From: Euglena gracilis
Taxonomy: Eukaryota
NCBI GenBank assembly: GCA_039621445.1
Contig: CP154954.1
Location: forward strand, 44,247,847-44,311,846
DNA: 64,000 nucleotides
Direction: 5' to 3'
Every line of letters starts with the position of its first letter. Positions within the stretch are counted from its first letter, which is position 1. The translations under genes and the position numbers were made by a program. The notes beneath the pieces are model-generated. The model was given only the letters and a program-made list of their open reading frames with translations. It was not told where the DNA came from and ran no database searches. This document shows, piece by piece, positions 20,041 through 54,508 of the stretch.

Positions 20041-21806
20041 GCGAGGGGGCGGTCTCTGCGTGTGTAGGGGGAGTGGGGGCGGCGAGGCGGTTGGGGGGGT
20101 GACCCAACGTACCCCCCCCCCGCCCAAACATAAGCATTGTGGGGGTTGCTGAATTTGGAAGGGTCGCTTAAACTTGGACCACACGGGTCTACGAAAAAAA
20201 TGCCATTTTTCCATTGAAAAGAGGAGGTGGTACATTCTTTGAGGAAAATGCGCCTCTGAAAAAAGGCAGTAATTTGTAAACTTGTGGCTTCGTTGCTGGT
20301 GATTGGTTGGATTGGAGATTTTCCTTTAATCTTACCTGCATTTCAGGGAATATTGACACCGAATGCCTTCGGAAAAATTGCAAGAAAATTGCAGGAAAAT
20401 TGCGGAAATTGCAGTTCTGGGAATAAATGCACGTCTGCTGGAGGGGACTAATAAAAATTTCAGGAATTTGGCCATTTTGCAACACAGGTGTAAACTTTGA
20501 GTCGTTATCCACATTTTTTCCAACAAAAAAAGCTCCCAAAACCATTGTTTTTTTGTAACTTTGGTAACATGCTGATTTGGAAATGGAAAATCTGAAATGG
20601 AAAAAAAATGACAAAAAACTTTGGTATCAGGTAAAATCTGGTCAGGATGCGGAATTTTTCTGGGTCCAAAAAATTTCGCAGAAGAAATCGGGGAAAAACC
20701 TAAAAAAAGGCCAATTGACAATTTTGGCTAAATTTTGCTAAATTTTTATAATTTGCAAACTTGCAAAATTTGGCAAACTTGCGAAAAAAAATAGCAGCAA
20801 AAAGCACCTGGGTGCACTTGTGAAACGTTTGAGAAATGGCTGTAATCAGGATCATGCAGAAAAATTCAGGAGAGAGGAAAGAATTGCGGGAAAAAATGAA
20901 AAAGTCGCGGAAAAACTGCGGAAAAATTGCGATATTGCCTGAAAAATGCAGCCATCAAATTCCCTCTGTTAAACTTTGGGGTTATTCAAATTTAAATTTG
21001 GGTGTCGGTCGGTTTGGCCCCAAAGGTTGCTTGAATGTAGGGGTTATGTAATTTTAGGGACATAAATTCGGGCATGGAAATGGAAATGGAAATGGTGGGG
21101 GTACCCCCCCCCGAATAACCCCCCCTCCAAAAACCAGGATTTTATTTCTGGGTTCATTGCTGGAAACCTTCAAAAGTGGTCTTATCTTTGGGAGGCTTTA
21201 TTTTTGGATGTTTTGTTGACCGACCAGTCAGGCCCCCAAAAATCTTCCTTTTGGGGTTAAGCCCCAAAACTCTCCGCTTGTCACCGTGTGAAATTTGGCT
21301 TGATCGAGAACTCACAATATTTTTGGGCCTCAAAAATCCCAGAATATCAGCAATCTCATCTTTTTGTCCGCAAAATCGGAATACTTTTCAAGGTGTTTTT
21401 CACCGTCCTTGACACCTGGCATCGTCATGGGGGGGGGCTTAAATTTGGGGGGGGTCTAATTGTTGAGCTAGACCAACAATTAGACCAACAATGCTCAATC
21501 CGCCCGGGGGGAGGTCTGATTTTTTGGGGGTTTACAAGAAATGCGGCCTGTCCCTGTCAGGGCAAAGCCAGGCCACCCCCAGAGCACGGCGGGCGGCACA
21601 CACCCCTGGCCCCGGGGTGGGCCTCACAAGCGCCATTGCGCCGCAACGGACGAAGGTCGGGAGAGACGAGGGATGTTGGGGTTCGCTCGGGGGAGGGGGA
21701 GGGCCAGCACACTTGTCTGTGCCAAAGGGACGGGGGCAGTGGTGATGTGTGGCAGCACAGGGGCTGCACAGTGCGGGGGACAGTGGTGGTGGCGGCTGGG
21801 CGGGGG

Positions 21807-28567
<6,761 letters not shown>

Positions 28568-30480
28568 ATGGCGAGGGGGGCTGTCAGGAGGCCAATAGGG
28601 ACCACGGTGGACACTGCTAGGAGAGGTTTGCGTTGCATGCGTGTTTTGTGTGTGTGTGTGTTGTGTGTCGTGTGTGTGTGTGTGAGGGGTGTTGTGTGTG
28701 TGTGTGTGTGTGTGTGCGTGCGTGCGTGCGTGGGTGGGTGGGTGGGTGGGTGTTGTGTGCGTGCATGCGTGCGTGCGTGCGTGCGTGCGTGCGTACGTGC
28801 GCGCGCGCGTGTGTGTGCCCGCTGTGTGTTTGTGCGCGCTTGTGTTTGTGTGTTGTGGGCCTTGGACACATGGCTTGACAAGATGGCTGACACGAAATTC
28901 AGCTGCTGGATGGATTCGAAGAGGACCCCTAAAACCATGTTGATACATGACCCGATATTTTCCCCATTCCACAGCACAAGATTTTTGCTTTTGGTCATTG
29001 CCATACCTGACATTGTGTCCATTCAGCCACTCCGTTTCAATCACCCTTTTGTCTACATTGTGCCATGCAATGGAACAGAATATATTTGAATGAATCCAAA
29101 ACCTCCTGTAAGGTTATTTGGTAAAAATCACATATTCATATTACATTCATCACATATTCATAATATACATATTCATTATATATGCATGTGGCAGCTGCTA
29201 CTACTTGCCCCCCCCCTCCCTGGGGGTGAGTAGTGGTCGTGGGGGGGGGACAGTGACACCCGGCACCAAGTTTGGGGGAAAGTCGGGGCCATGGATAGGT
29301 GATAAGGCCAGGGTTCCGACCGGATTCACGTTCTTACCCGCCCCCCCCCCCCCGGGCAATTGTCGCGTGACAAATCGAGCAGCACGGAGGGGGGTGACAA
29401 TTTCCCGGGGTGACAATTTGGCCAGCACAGAGGGGGGTGACAATTGCCCGGGGGCGTCAATTGCCCGGGGGCGTCAATTGCCCACCCATGTAGGCCACAT
29501 TAAATCCAAATGACCAAAAACACCATCTGAAACACCAGTGAACACGCAAAAATGCAGCTATGGTCGTGATATTGTGCAGAGCATTTGGTATGTGACATTT
29601 CTCAGCATGTTGTGGCGAAATAGAGGATCAATCGAGTCGTGTTGGTGAAAAGAAAGTTCACAAACATCTTCTGTAGGGGGGGTGACAAATTGGGCAGCAC
29701 GGACGGGGGTGACAATTTCCCGGGGTGACAAATTGGCCGGCACAGCCAGGGGCGACAATTGCCCGGGGGCGTCAATTGCCCGGGGGCGTCAATTGCCCGG
29801 GGGCGTCAATTGCCCGGGGGGGGGGGGGGGGGTAGGAATATAGGGAGAAATTAGGTTGCATTTCAGACCAAGCTCGGCAGAATATAGGTCGACTTTGGGC
29901 AATTAGGTGGCAAAAAGTGTTCCCCAAAATCAAAAAAATCCCCAAAATGGGGACATAACTTCCGGCCTGACTCTGTCCCTAAATGGGGCCGATTTTCGCC
30001 AAGCCGATCCTAACCCTAACCCTATTCCTAAAAAAAGGCGCACATGTCCCCGGATCCGCCGGTGGTGGCCTGGATTTGGCGCGGTTCGGGGGCGCCGTGG
30101 GCCCGAAAAGAAAAAAGTCGGACCCGGTCATCCATACGACCCCCCCTCCCGATCATTACTTACCGTACTGGATACGATAATTACCTACCGTACATCCGTA
30201 CTTAACGGCCCGGGGGGCATTAAGAGTGATGCTGCCATGTATATGTACGCATGCATACATATACACACAAGAATTTATCTTTACGCGCCATCACATCACA
30301 TTTTCTCACATTCCCATTTCTTCCTGCTTTTGTGGCAGCTGTAACGTTTGCTGCTTCTTGTGCCAAAATCCAAAGCCATCAGAAAAACTATGGCAAAATG
30401 ATATCGGGAATGTACACAATTCTGGAGGGGACTGATTGATATCCGCAGTTTTCCCGCAGTTTTCTGTGTTTTCTGTTGCT

Positions 30481-30877
30481 CAGGGTTTTTTTTAAGCCCG
30501 AGGGGACCCTGCCCCACCCAGGGGGGGGGTCCAGCCAGCCAGCACCTTTTCTCCAGCCGGCACCTCCCAGCTGGGACCCCCGGGGGGGGGGTCCGCTGAA
30601 AGTTCGGGCCAGCCGGGCAGGACTGAAAATTTTTTTTGGCACAAATTGGCGAAATTTTTTGGGAAAAGGGTGTCAGAAATGGCATTTTGAATGGTTTTGG
30701 TTCTTCACCTCCAATTCTTGTTGGATTTAGGCCGTTGGGGGGCATTTTTTGGGGTACCAATCGGGTCCAGCTCCCAGCCGGCTGACCCCCCCCCCCCTGA
30801 ACCCACAACCCCTGGGGGTCCAGCCAGCACCTTTTTCCAACCCGTGGGACCCCCCTGGGGTCCCAAAGAAAACCCTG
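30481..30877. mobile_element. CAGGG...CCCTG MITE with ccagccagc motifs; relatives at ~4580-4720 and ~61360-61655
   Basis: cagggtttt...aaaaccctg; repeated ccagccagcacctttt; no TSD. Confidence 0.65.
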
Positions 30878-32642
30878 CTGCAGTCTCTGAAATTCTTCTG
30901 CAATTTTTTCCCTTTCTGCATTTTCCACATGAACTGGACAATTGAAGGTGCAATGAGGTGCAGCCATTCCACAAAGGGAAATTGGTTCTTTTGGAAGGCA
31001 CTGGAGCCCAAAATTAACCCCCTGGGGGGGGTGCCCGCAATGGCAGACACCCCATACTGCCATATTGTAACAGCACGAGGCACCCCCCCCCCCCCCCGGG
31101 TTGATGAAAAGAAGCCTGCCCCCCGATGCGGAAGTTGCTCACGGGCCGCTCAAAGTTCTCCGCCCTGGCGTGGGGTTGCTCTGGCGGGCCCCAAGGTTTC
31201 CGTTGTTGTTGTATTGGAGTGTGCATTTGCCCGCACCCATATCGAGGACCATTGCAATCGAAATAAAAGTTTTTTGAAACTGGTTTTTGAAACAATGGTA
31301 TGATGGGGACACTGCCATTGCCCACTCAAGCACGGTTCTATGTCAGCTTGGGGATGACCAGACAATTATGTCAGGGCTGAAACCTTGAATTGGCTTAATG
31401 CCCAATCAGGTCCAACAATTTTCTGTTAATTCCCCAATTGTTGTGATGTCCCTGAACAGATACACATAAAGGGCATCATCATACGTCCACACGCACACCA
31501 AGCAAGAAGCTTGAAAATGAGTTAATGACAAAAAAATTGTTCCAGTGCTGATTTTTACATTATTGTGCCGCTTTCTGGGCCATTTGTGTCCCTGAGTTTA
31601 GCTGGGCCGGGGTGGGGGGAGTTGTTATTGAAAGTCTCCTCCCCTGTGACAAGTGGTCAGCTTTTCAGTCCTGTCCTCAGACACGTTTTTGGGGGCGTTT
31701 ATGCATGGGTTGGTTCAAAGGAAATCCCCCCTGCCCAATAACGACCTGACCTGACCTGACCCCGACCACAGGACACAACTCCCCGCCCCCACGTCACGCC
31801 CCAACCACCGCCTGGTGGACACCGCCTGGAGCCCCGACCCCTCTCGCCGGGGGGGGGGGGACACCGGCGCTTTGCTTTCTCATTTGTTTGCATTCTCCCC
31901 AAATCTTGGCAAAATTCAGTCAAAATTGTCCAATTTGGTAATTTTTGTTTTTTTTCCTTGAGTTGTTCTGGGAAATATCTGCCTTAGAAAAGTTTTGCAT
32001 CTAGACCAGATTTTCCCTGAGACCAAACTTTTTATCAATTTTTTTTGTTATTTTGATTTTCGGGCCAAAAATATTTACTTTTGGAACCACCATGTTCCCA
32101 GAATTGCAAAATTCATGTTCTTGCACTTTTTTTTTTGTTGGAAGACGGCTCAGTACATCCACCAATGTTGCGAAATGAAAACAGAATGACCGAGAAGTGT
32201 ATTTTTTCTCCCCCCCCCCCCCCCGGACCCCACAAATAACTTTTTTGCTCCTTTGCATCGTCCTTTGGCCAATATCCCCAATTCTATTTTGGACAATGTC
32301 TGAAAACTGTTGACGGACCCGTTTTTTTTTAACCTTGTCTGAAGGCAATGTGGTGTTAACACCACTTTTCTTTCATTATTGAATGCGCTTTTGGACATCT
32401 GTGCGGGGGACTGTGGAAACAGCATGGCATTCTGCATGAATTTACAACATCTATCGCCAGACGGTTTTCCAGAAAAGTTCTTCATTTCCATGTTTGTCCT
32501 TGGGAAAAGGGGGCGGATGATCTTCAGCCTTCTCCCATTGTTATTCAGGAATGTAACACCTAACTAACTCAGAGAGAGAGAGATATATATATTTACATAT
32601 ATATTTATATATATACATTTTTATATATGTATATAGATATAT

Positions 32643-32745
<103 letters not shown>

Positions 32746-33109
32746 TATAAAGCTTTTTACCAGTTTCATTTATTAAATTACCACCTTTTGTAGACTTCAG
32801 GAAGAGACGTTAAAAGTCCCCAAATAATCCATAAGCGACAGCTCATGCTCCACAGAGAAAGATCAAAAAATCACCAAATTGATTGATTGAAAAAAAAAAA
32901 CAGCTGTTGGGACCAGAAAACGACTGCTGGCCACCAAGCATGACATTTGCCTCCATTTCTGGATGGGGATGTCATATACCAGTGCACAGCTGCCGCCACG
33001 AGGAGACATTGCGATTTATGACCGTCAGCTGTACAGAGAGCACGGCATCTACAAATGTGGAAGAGAGGTGTTTGCTTATCCTACTGCTATGACACAGACA
33101 CACTTGGAG

Positions 33110-34427
33110 CAGGCTGTTTTTTTTTTACCAACCCCGGGGGGGTCCGGAGTGCTTGTGAGTGCCTGCCCAGGCAGGCACTACCCCCGGGGGGGGGGTCGGG
33201 TTTCGGCCTGTGCCCAGGCACATTCCTTTGAAAATAGGCCATTTTTGGCTCCCCGGCGCCTTTGGCACCGGGGTTGTGCTAGGGCACTTTTGGCCGTGTG
33301 CCCCCCCCCCCCCCCCGGGGGGGGGTCGGATCGGGAGTGCCTTGGAGTGCCTGCCCAGGCAGGCACCCCCCCCCCCCCCGGGTGGGGTCGGCACCAAGCA
33401 CCTATGATAGATCCCAAATTTTAGCCCGCGGTCGGCTGCGGTCGGCTGCGGTCGGCAGCGGTCGGCAAAATAGTTGGCTGTAGGTGGGGGGCAGGCCAAC
33501 AAAAAATGAGCATATATCACAATCACGCAATCCACTGTTGCCGACTTTTGGCTGCTTTTCGCTGCTTTTGGCAGTTTTTGATACTTTTGGACTGCTTTTG
33601 GCCACTGTTGCCGACTTTTGGTCGATTTTTGCTGCCTTTGCCCATTATTTCCTGCCTTTTGCTTTCTTTTGGTCACTTTTGTTGCTTTTGCCCACTTTTT
33701 GCTGGGCTTTGGCTGCTTTTGGCCAGCTTTTGCTTTGCTTTGACCTCTTTTGACCACTTTTGGCCTCTTAACCTACTTTTGACCACTTTTCTCTGCTTTT
33801 GGCCATGTTTACCCACTTCTGGCCACTTTCAGGCCACTTTAAACGTCTTTTTGTTGCTTTTGACTTCAAGAGCAGTCAAACATAACCTAAAAATGGCTTA
33901 CAAGTGGTAAAAAATGGTTAAAATGGCCAAAAGTTCCAAAAGCAGGGAAAAATAACAAAAAAAAATGCCCAAAATGGTCCAAAAAAGCCAAAAATGGCTC
34001 AAAATGGCCCAAGAGCAGGACAAAATGGCCCAAAATTACAAGAAGTGGGCAAAAAGTGGCCAAAAATTGTCAAAATAGGTCAAAATGGGTGAATTATGGT
34101 GACAAATGGGCCAAAAGGGGACAAAAGCGACCAAAAATGGCCAAAAGTGGCCAAAAGTGGCCAAAAGTGACAACATGAGCCAGATGAGCCAGAAAAATCT
34201 CAATATCTGGGATAAAAATGAGCCTAATTCCTCATTCTCACTGAAAAATTGACATCAATTAGGAAAAAAGTTGCGCGGTCGGCTGCGGTCGGCTGCGGTC
34301 GGCTGCGGTCGGCTGCGGTCGGCACCCCACCTATGACAGTCCTGAAACCTGCGGTCGGCTGCGGTCGGCTGCGGTCGGCTGTGGTCGGCATAGGTGCCTG
34401 GTCGGCACCCGACTAAAATACAGCCTG
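33110..34427. mobile_element. Composite hAT-like non-autonomous element, perfect 8-bp TSD
   Basis: acttggag|caggctgttttt...aaaatacagcctg|acttggag. Interior has a gcaggcac module, (gcggtcggct)n arrays and inverted ttttggcc/ggccaaaa degenerate arrays. Confidence 0.9.
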
Positions 34428-34450
34428 ACTTGGAGGTGAGAGAGTCAGGT

Positions 34451-49133
<14,683 letters not shown>

Positions 49134-50343
49134 CGCACATGTGGGGCGGGAGGGGGGGGAGCTGGGCGATGGGGCGGGCGGCGGTGGAGGAGAGGGGGGG
49201 GGGAATGGGGTGCACGCGACGAAGGGGGGAATGCGACACAGCGGGGGAAAACAGAAGGGGCAAGAATGGTGCCGTTCGGCTCTTTATCCTTCCCAGAGAA
49301 CTGAAAACTGAACTCGAAATCAATGACGACTTTCTGGTCTTCAGCATTGTTTCAACACAGAACCAGGTCCCACTCAACCCCACCCAAAACACTTACCCCT
49401 GTTGGCTTCTTTCGTCATCTCTTTCCGCATATGATCCCTGCAAAAGGTATGTGCCTCCCGCTTTCTTGCATTGAAGCAAGAGACACTGTCTGTTGTTTTT
49501 TTGTTGGCGTGTTTGGTCCAAGCCCCCCGCCTTGGCTTGTCGGCTGATACTTTCAACAACCTCCACTGGCCAAATTCAAGCAACTGGCTTGATTCGGGAA
49601 GATTTAGATCCCCCCCGAAAACTTGCCCCCTTCCTTCTCTGGTGACCACTTCCTGGGGGGGGGGGCTCCCCACTTACCAGCACCCTCAGGGAAAATTCTT
49701 CAGCGCCGAAGGCATTGAAGAATTTTTTTGACCGAAATCGGCGCCCTGGAAATTAGGGAGGAGATGCCAGCAAATATTGAGGGTCGAGGACAATTTCCGG
49801 GGGGGGGGGGGCTGAAGTCGCAGTTGACCTGCAAAAAAAAAGGTGTTTGCTGGCAATCGGTGGGGCGGTGGCGATGACATGGCGGGCTAGCACTGTACGA
49901 TTGCCAAAAAAAGTTGGATGGGGACAGCGGGGGGGGGGGGGGAAGAGGTGGAGGATGCCTTTCCGCTCAGCGACGGGCCAGAGCATGCAAATGCACTTTC
50001 ACGCCACACCCCGTCCAGCGTTGACTCTCCGACCGTGAGCCAAGCGATGCGTGACGGCTGTTCTGGGGGGCCGAGGGGGATGAGGGGTCACTGGGGTCAG
50101 GGAAGGAGAGGCGGTGTGGGGTCAGCTGATGGGGAAAGCGGAACTACCCAGCGGCCCTCTTTGCCGGCATGGAAAAAAATCACTTCAGATATATTTGGCC
50201 GAAAGTGGGAAAAGAGGAGGGGATGACAGGATGTCGCTGTTCAGATTGAGAATCAAGCTGGGAAGAGTCAGGGCTGTACGGAAAGCTGAGGGGGGGTGGT
50301 CGACTCTCACCCCCATCCGGGAGGTGGGAGAATCAACTTGTCA

Positions 50344-50829
50344 AAGGGGGGGGGGAATTGATATCGGAGGCCTTCGGAAAAATTGCGGAAAAATTGCGGA
50401 AAAATTGCGGAAATTGCGGAAAAATTGCGGAAAAATTGATATCGGGTATACACATTTCTGCTTGGGGGGACTTAGTAAATTTTCAATTGTCCGGTTCATA
50501 ACACCGCAACACACAAGTCGATGCAGGCGAGCACAAATCAACACGCTTGATGTTCTTTGCACAGGTGGGACGCACCCAATCCTGTGACCAGTGGTGCACC
50601 TGTGAGAAAAATTGGTAAACTGCGGGGGACAACAAAACACAATAGCACACCTGTTGATCCATTTGAAGAATGGCTTGAACTCATTGCATCTTCCATCTTC
50701 GGTGGTGGGGAAAAAAATTCTTCAAAAAAAAATGTGGAAAAATTGCGGAAATTGCGGAAAATTGCGGAAATTGCGGAAAATTGCGGAAATTGCGGAAAAA
50801 TTGCGGATCTCAATTTCCCCCCCCCCCTG
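50344..50829. mobile_element. MITE family B copy 2
   Basis: cttgtca|aaggggg..aattgatatc...ccccctg|cttgtca; near-identical to copy 1. Confidence 0.9.
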
Positions 50830-51010
50830 CTTGTCAACCCCATCCATGGAGAGAGAGAGAGCCGCATAAAGGCATTCATGCCTGTGCACTCTTATTCATA
50901 GGTAGATAAACGGGTCAGCAATTCACTAGCACGCAGGGAAGAACGGGACTCGCACCAGTTGCTCGATGCTGGCAGGGGGCGGACCTGTCGTGGACACCCA
51001 TCTCCCTCCA

Positions 51011-51541
<531 letters not shown>

Positions 51542-52502
51542 CTCGAAAGGGAGTAGACAGGCCCGTTCAGGAGTGCTGTTCTTCCCCACGGAAGCCACTG
51601 CAAGTTCAGGAGGGGGCAGAATATGTGGTGATGGGCCTCTGAAAGCGGAGAGGATCCAATCCCCATAAACCAGGTTCGTTGTCGAAGGACCACCACAGAC
51701 AATTGTTGCTGCTGGCCAAAAAACTGTCCATTTAAGGTCATTCGAAGCCATTTTAGGCTATTATTACCCATCAGGCGAGGGGTCCACGAGACTATATTTT
51801 TGGTAATTTTTGGGTTGTTTTGGAAACCAAAGTTGCTATAAACCCCTGAGAATTCGGTAATAAGACACATTGCTCAAAGAACGTGCAAATGTGGTGAAAA
51901 AATGATGAAATCGAAGTGAAGAACTGTTCTAAAAAGTCTTCTGATTGGGATGAATCGCCGACAAGCAAAAAAGAATTTAGGAAAAAAATTGTGAGAACCA
52001 CATATATTTTGAACACAATTCCCAATGTGTCACATGCTTCAAAGGTAAAAAGTATAGCAGAGTTAATGCTTGGGTCTTTTGTAGTACAATGTCTCCAAAA
52101 TGTGAACAAAAAATTATATGTTCAGTTTCAATTTACAAATCAGGTGCCTGATTTTCGTTTGAGATGTGTGTGGAAAGAATAAAATGAGTTATTTTTGCTC
52201 ATATAAATGAGCCAGAATGACTGTGATCACCCCAAATGCCTAAAAAAGTCCCCCAAAGCTGTCAAAAAATGCCCAGAAAACGTGTTTAGTTCACACACTT
52301 CTTATTTTAGTATAGGTGCTTGCCGACAGGAGCTCTTTTTTGGTGGTTGGGCACCTTGTTGGTGGCTGAACAAATTTAATCACAAAATATTTAAATTCTA
52401 AGCCATTTTATGCTGTTTTAGGGGCCAAATCTGCAGGGGGCCAAAAAATCCATTTTTATGCCATATCTTCTTGCAAAAATCGATATTTCAGAACCTCCCG
52501 AT

Positions 52503-52788
52503 CAGGGGTTTTTTTTAAGACCGGGGGGGGGGAGGGGGGTCCTCCCCCACCCACCCACCCACCCCCTGGGGGCCCCGGGGGGGGGGGGAGGGTCCCGGGG
52601 GACCCACAAAAAATGGCCGAAAATCGCGAAAAGTGCTAAAAATAGCATTTTTCGGCGCCTGCGGCGCCGAAAAGTATATCCCACCCCCTCTGGGGGGACC
52701 CCCCCCGGGGGGGGGGGGGGGCTCGGCCGGACCCACCCACCCTACCCCCCCTCCCCCCCCCCGGGGTCCACGACTAAAAAAACCCCTG
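52503..52788. mobile_element. MITE family A copy 2, hAT-like, perfect 8-bp TSD
   Basis: ctcccgat|caggggtttttt...aaaaaacccctg|ctcccgat. Confidence 0.9.
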
Positions 52789-54508
52789 CTCCCGATGCTT
52801 GATTCAACGAGTTTTCCAAATTCTCAATTCCAAATTCCATGCTACAGGTTTCTCTGTAACAAGATGTTTTTTTTTCATTTGGGGCGCAAAATGAAAGTTC
52901 TGTTACCCTCTCCCTTCATTCCCCCTGCGTGACCCTTTGGTATGGTTAATTACAATCCAGGTTGACTGATCGCGAGGCCAGAAAAAATATTTTTTTGACC
53001 ATTTTTGTAGGGTTAGGGAGGGGGTGGGATGAAACACCTCCAAGAGGATCGTCCGTAGGTTCTGAAACAAATAAACGCTAGTGGATTTCATTAGGCTTCA
53101 TAAAAGTGCAACACGGCACTTGAAAAAGAGAAAGACTGGGGGGGGAGGTTCAGTCTTTTGTAAGTACCAGAATTTGCAACCTAAATTTTCACACTGTTTC
53201 CCTCTACTTGTTCAGTGTTTCGCTTGTTTGGGTTTTTTTTGGCTTCTTTTGCAGGGGGGGGGGGCATTTTTTTCAGGGGGGGTCTAACTTTTACGATGGA
53301 GGGGATATAGCAGAGGTTCTTTTTCAATTTTTTTTTTGGGATGAGTTTCACCGGGTCGACTGGGAGGTTACCTCACCCCCACCCGCCCAAGACACACAAA
53401 CGTTCTGGTGACATGGGCGCGTGCCAACGAAACGGTACCGTCAGCGGACAGCAATATCAAATAACTCTCTTCAACGATTTGGGTGCTGTTTGGGCCAAAT
53501 ATTGGGCCAACTCATCAAATTTGAGGGAAAAAAGCTTTCTATGGGTCGGCGGAACAGAATCAAATAATTCTGCTACCCAAAGCAAATTCAGAATTTTGGC
53601 AGAGCTTTCGGGAAACACACACACACACACACACACACAATGCTCCAAAAGTGTTGTGTTGACACGGGGTGTGTTAACGACACAATGCATTGTGGACAAT
53701 GGGGGGGGCTTGGTTCCGTGGGGGTGGCAAATGTGGGCTGTGGCGCAACCTCCCACGATTCCATCCTCCCCGCAAACGAGCCCGGGCCGACCTGCATTGC
53801 TGTCAGAAATTCATGGGTTATATATATAAATTCAGAGGACCAGGGTAAAGATTTCATACGCAACAGCTGAACGCTTTCTGCTCGATGTAACTATATGGCC
53901 AACTCAAAGAGTTACCCACTGTGCAGCACTTAAACTCTTTTTTATTATTATTAAAAACACCTTAAACTCTGAAAAACTTGCAAAAAAAATGGCCACGCCC
54001 GGGCACCAAACAAGCGAACATTAACCCAAATGTAATATTGGGTTAATACATTTGGTTGGGTCGCTGGTGCTCCGTGTGGGCCAATTTCTCACGCTAAAAA
54101 CGCCAGGCAATAATTTTGGGGGATCCGACGTTTTGAGGGTGGAAGAAGGGGGTGGGGTGTCCTGAGTTCGCGGATAATCTGCCACCAATGTGTTGCTTCA
54201 GGTGAAACATTTATGAAACATATTTTGTGCACGGAAGAAAACAAATTTCTCAGTTGAAAGCCTCAATTACTGAAATCGCTTCATACAAAATACACCTTAA
54301 CCTCCTTCTTTCAAACCAACGCTTTTCCACTCCACAGAGCGCTCCTGGCCAGGTGCGCCCCCCCCCCCCCCGGTCCAGGGGGTCGACTGAAGAAAAAAAA
54401 TATGGCTCAACTGACCAGCGGACAATATTCAGCACAGAGCACTGCAAATTATGACCCCCCCCGCCAGGCCGCAGGCCGGTCCTCCCCGGCCGGGGCCACC
54501 ATCGCCGG

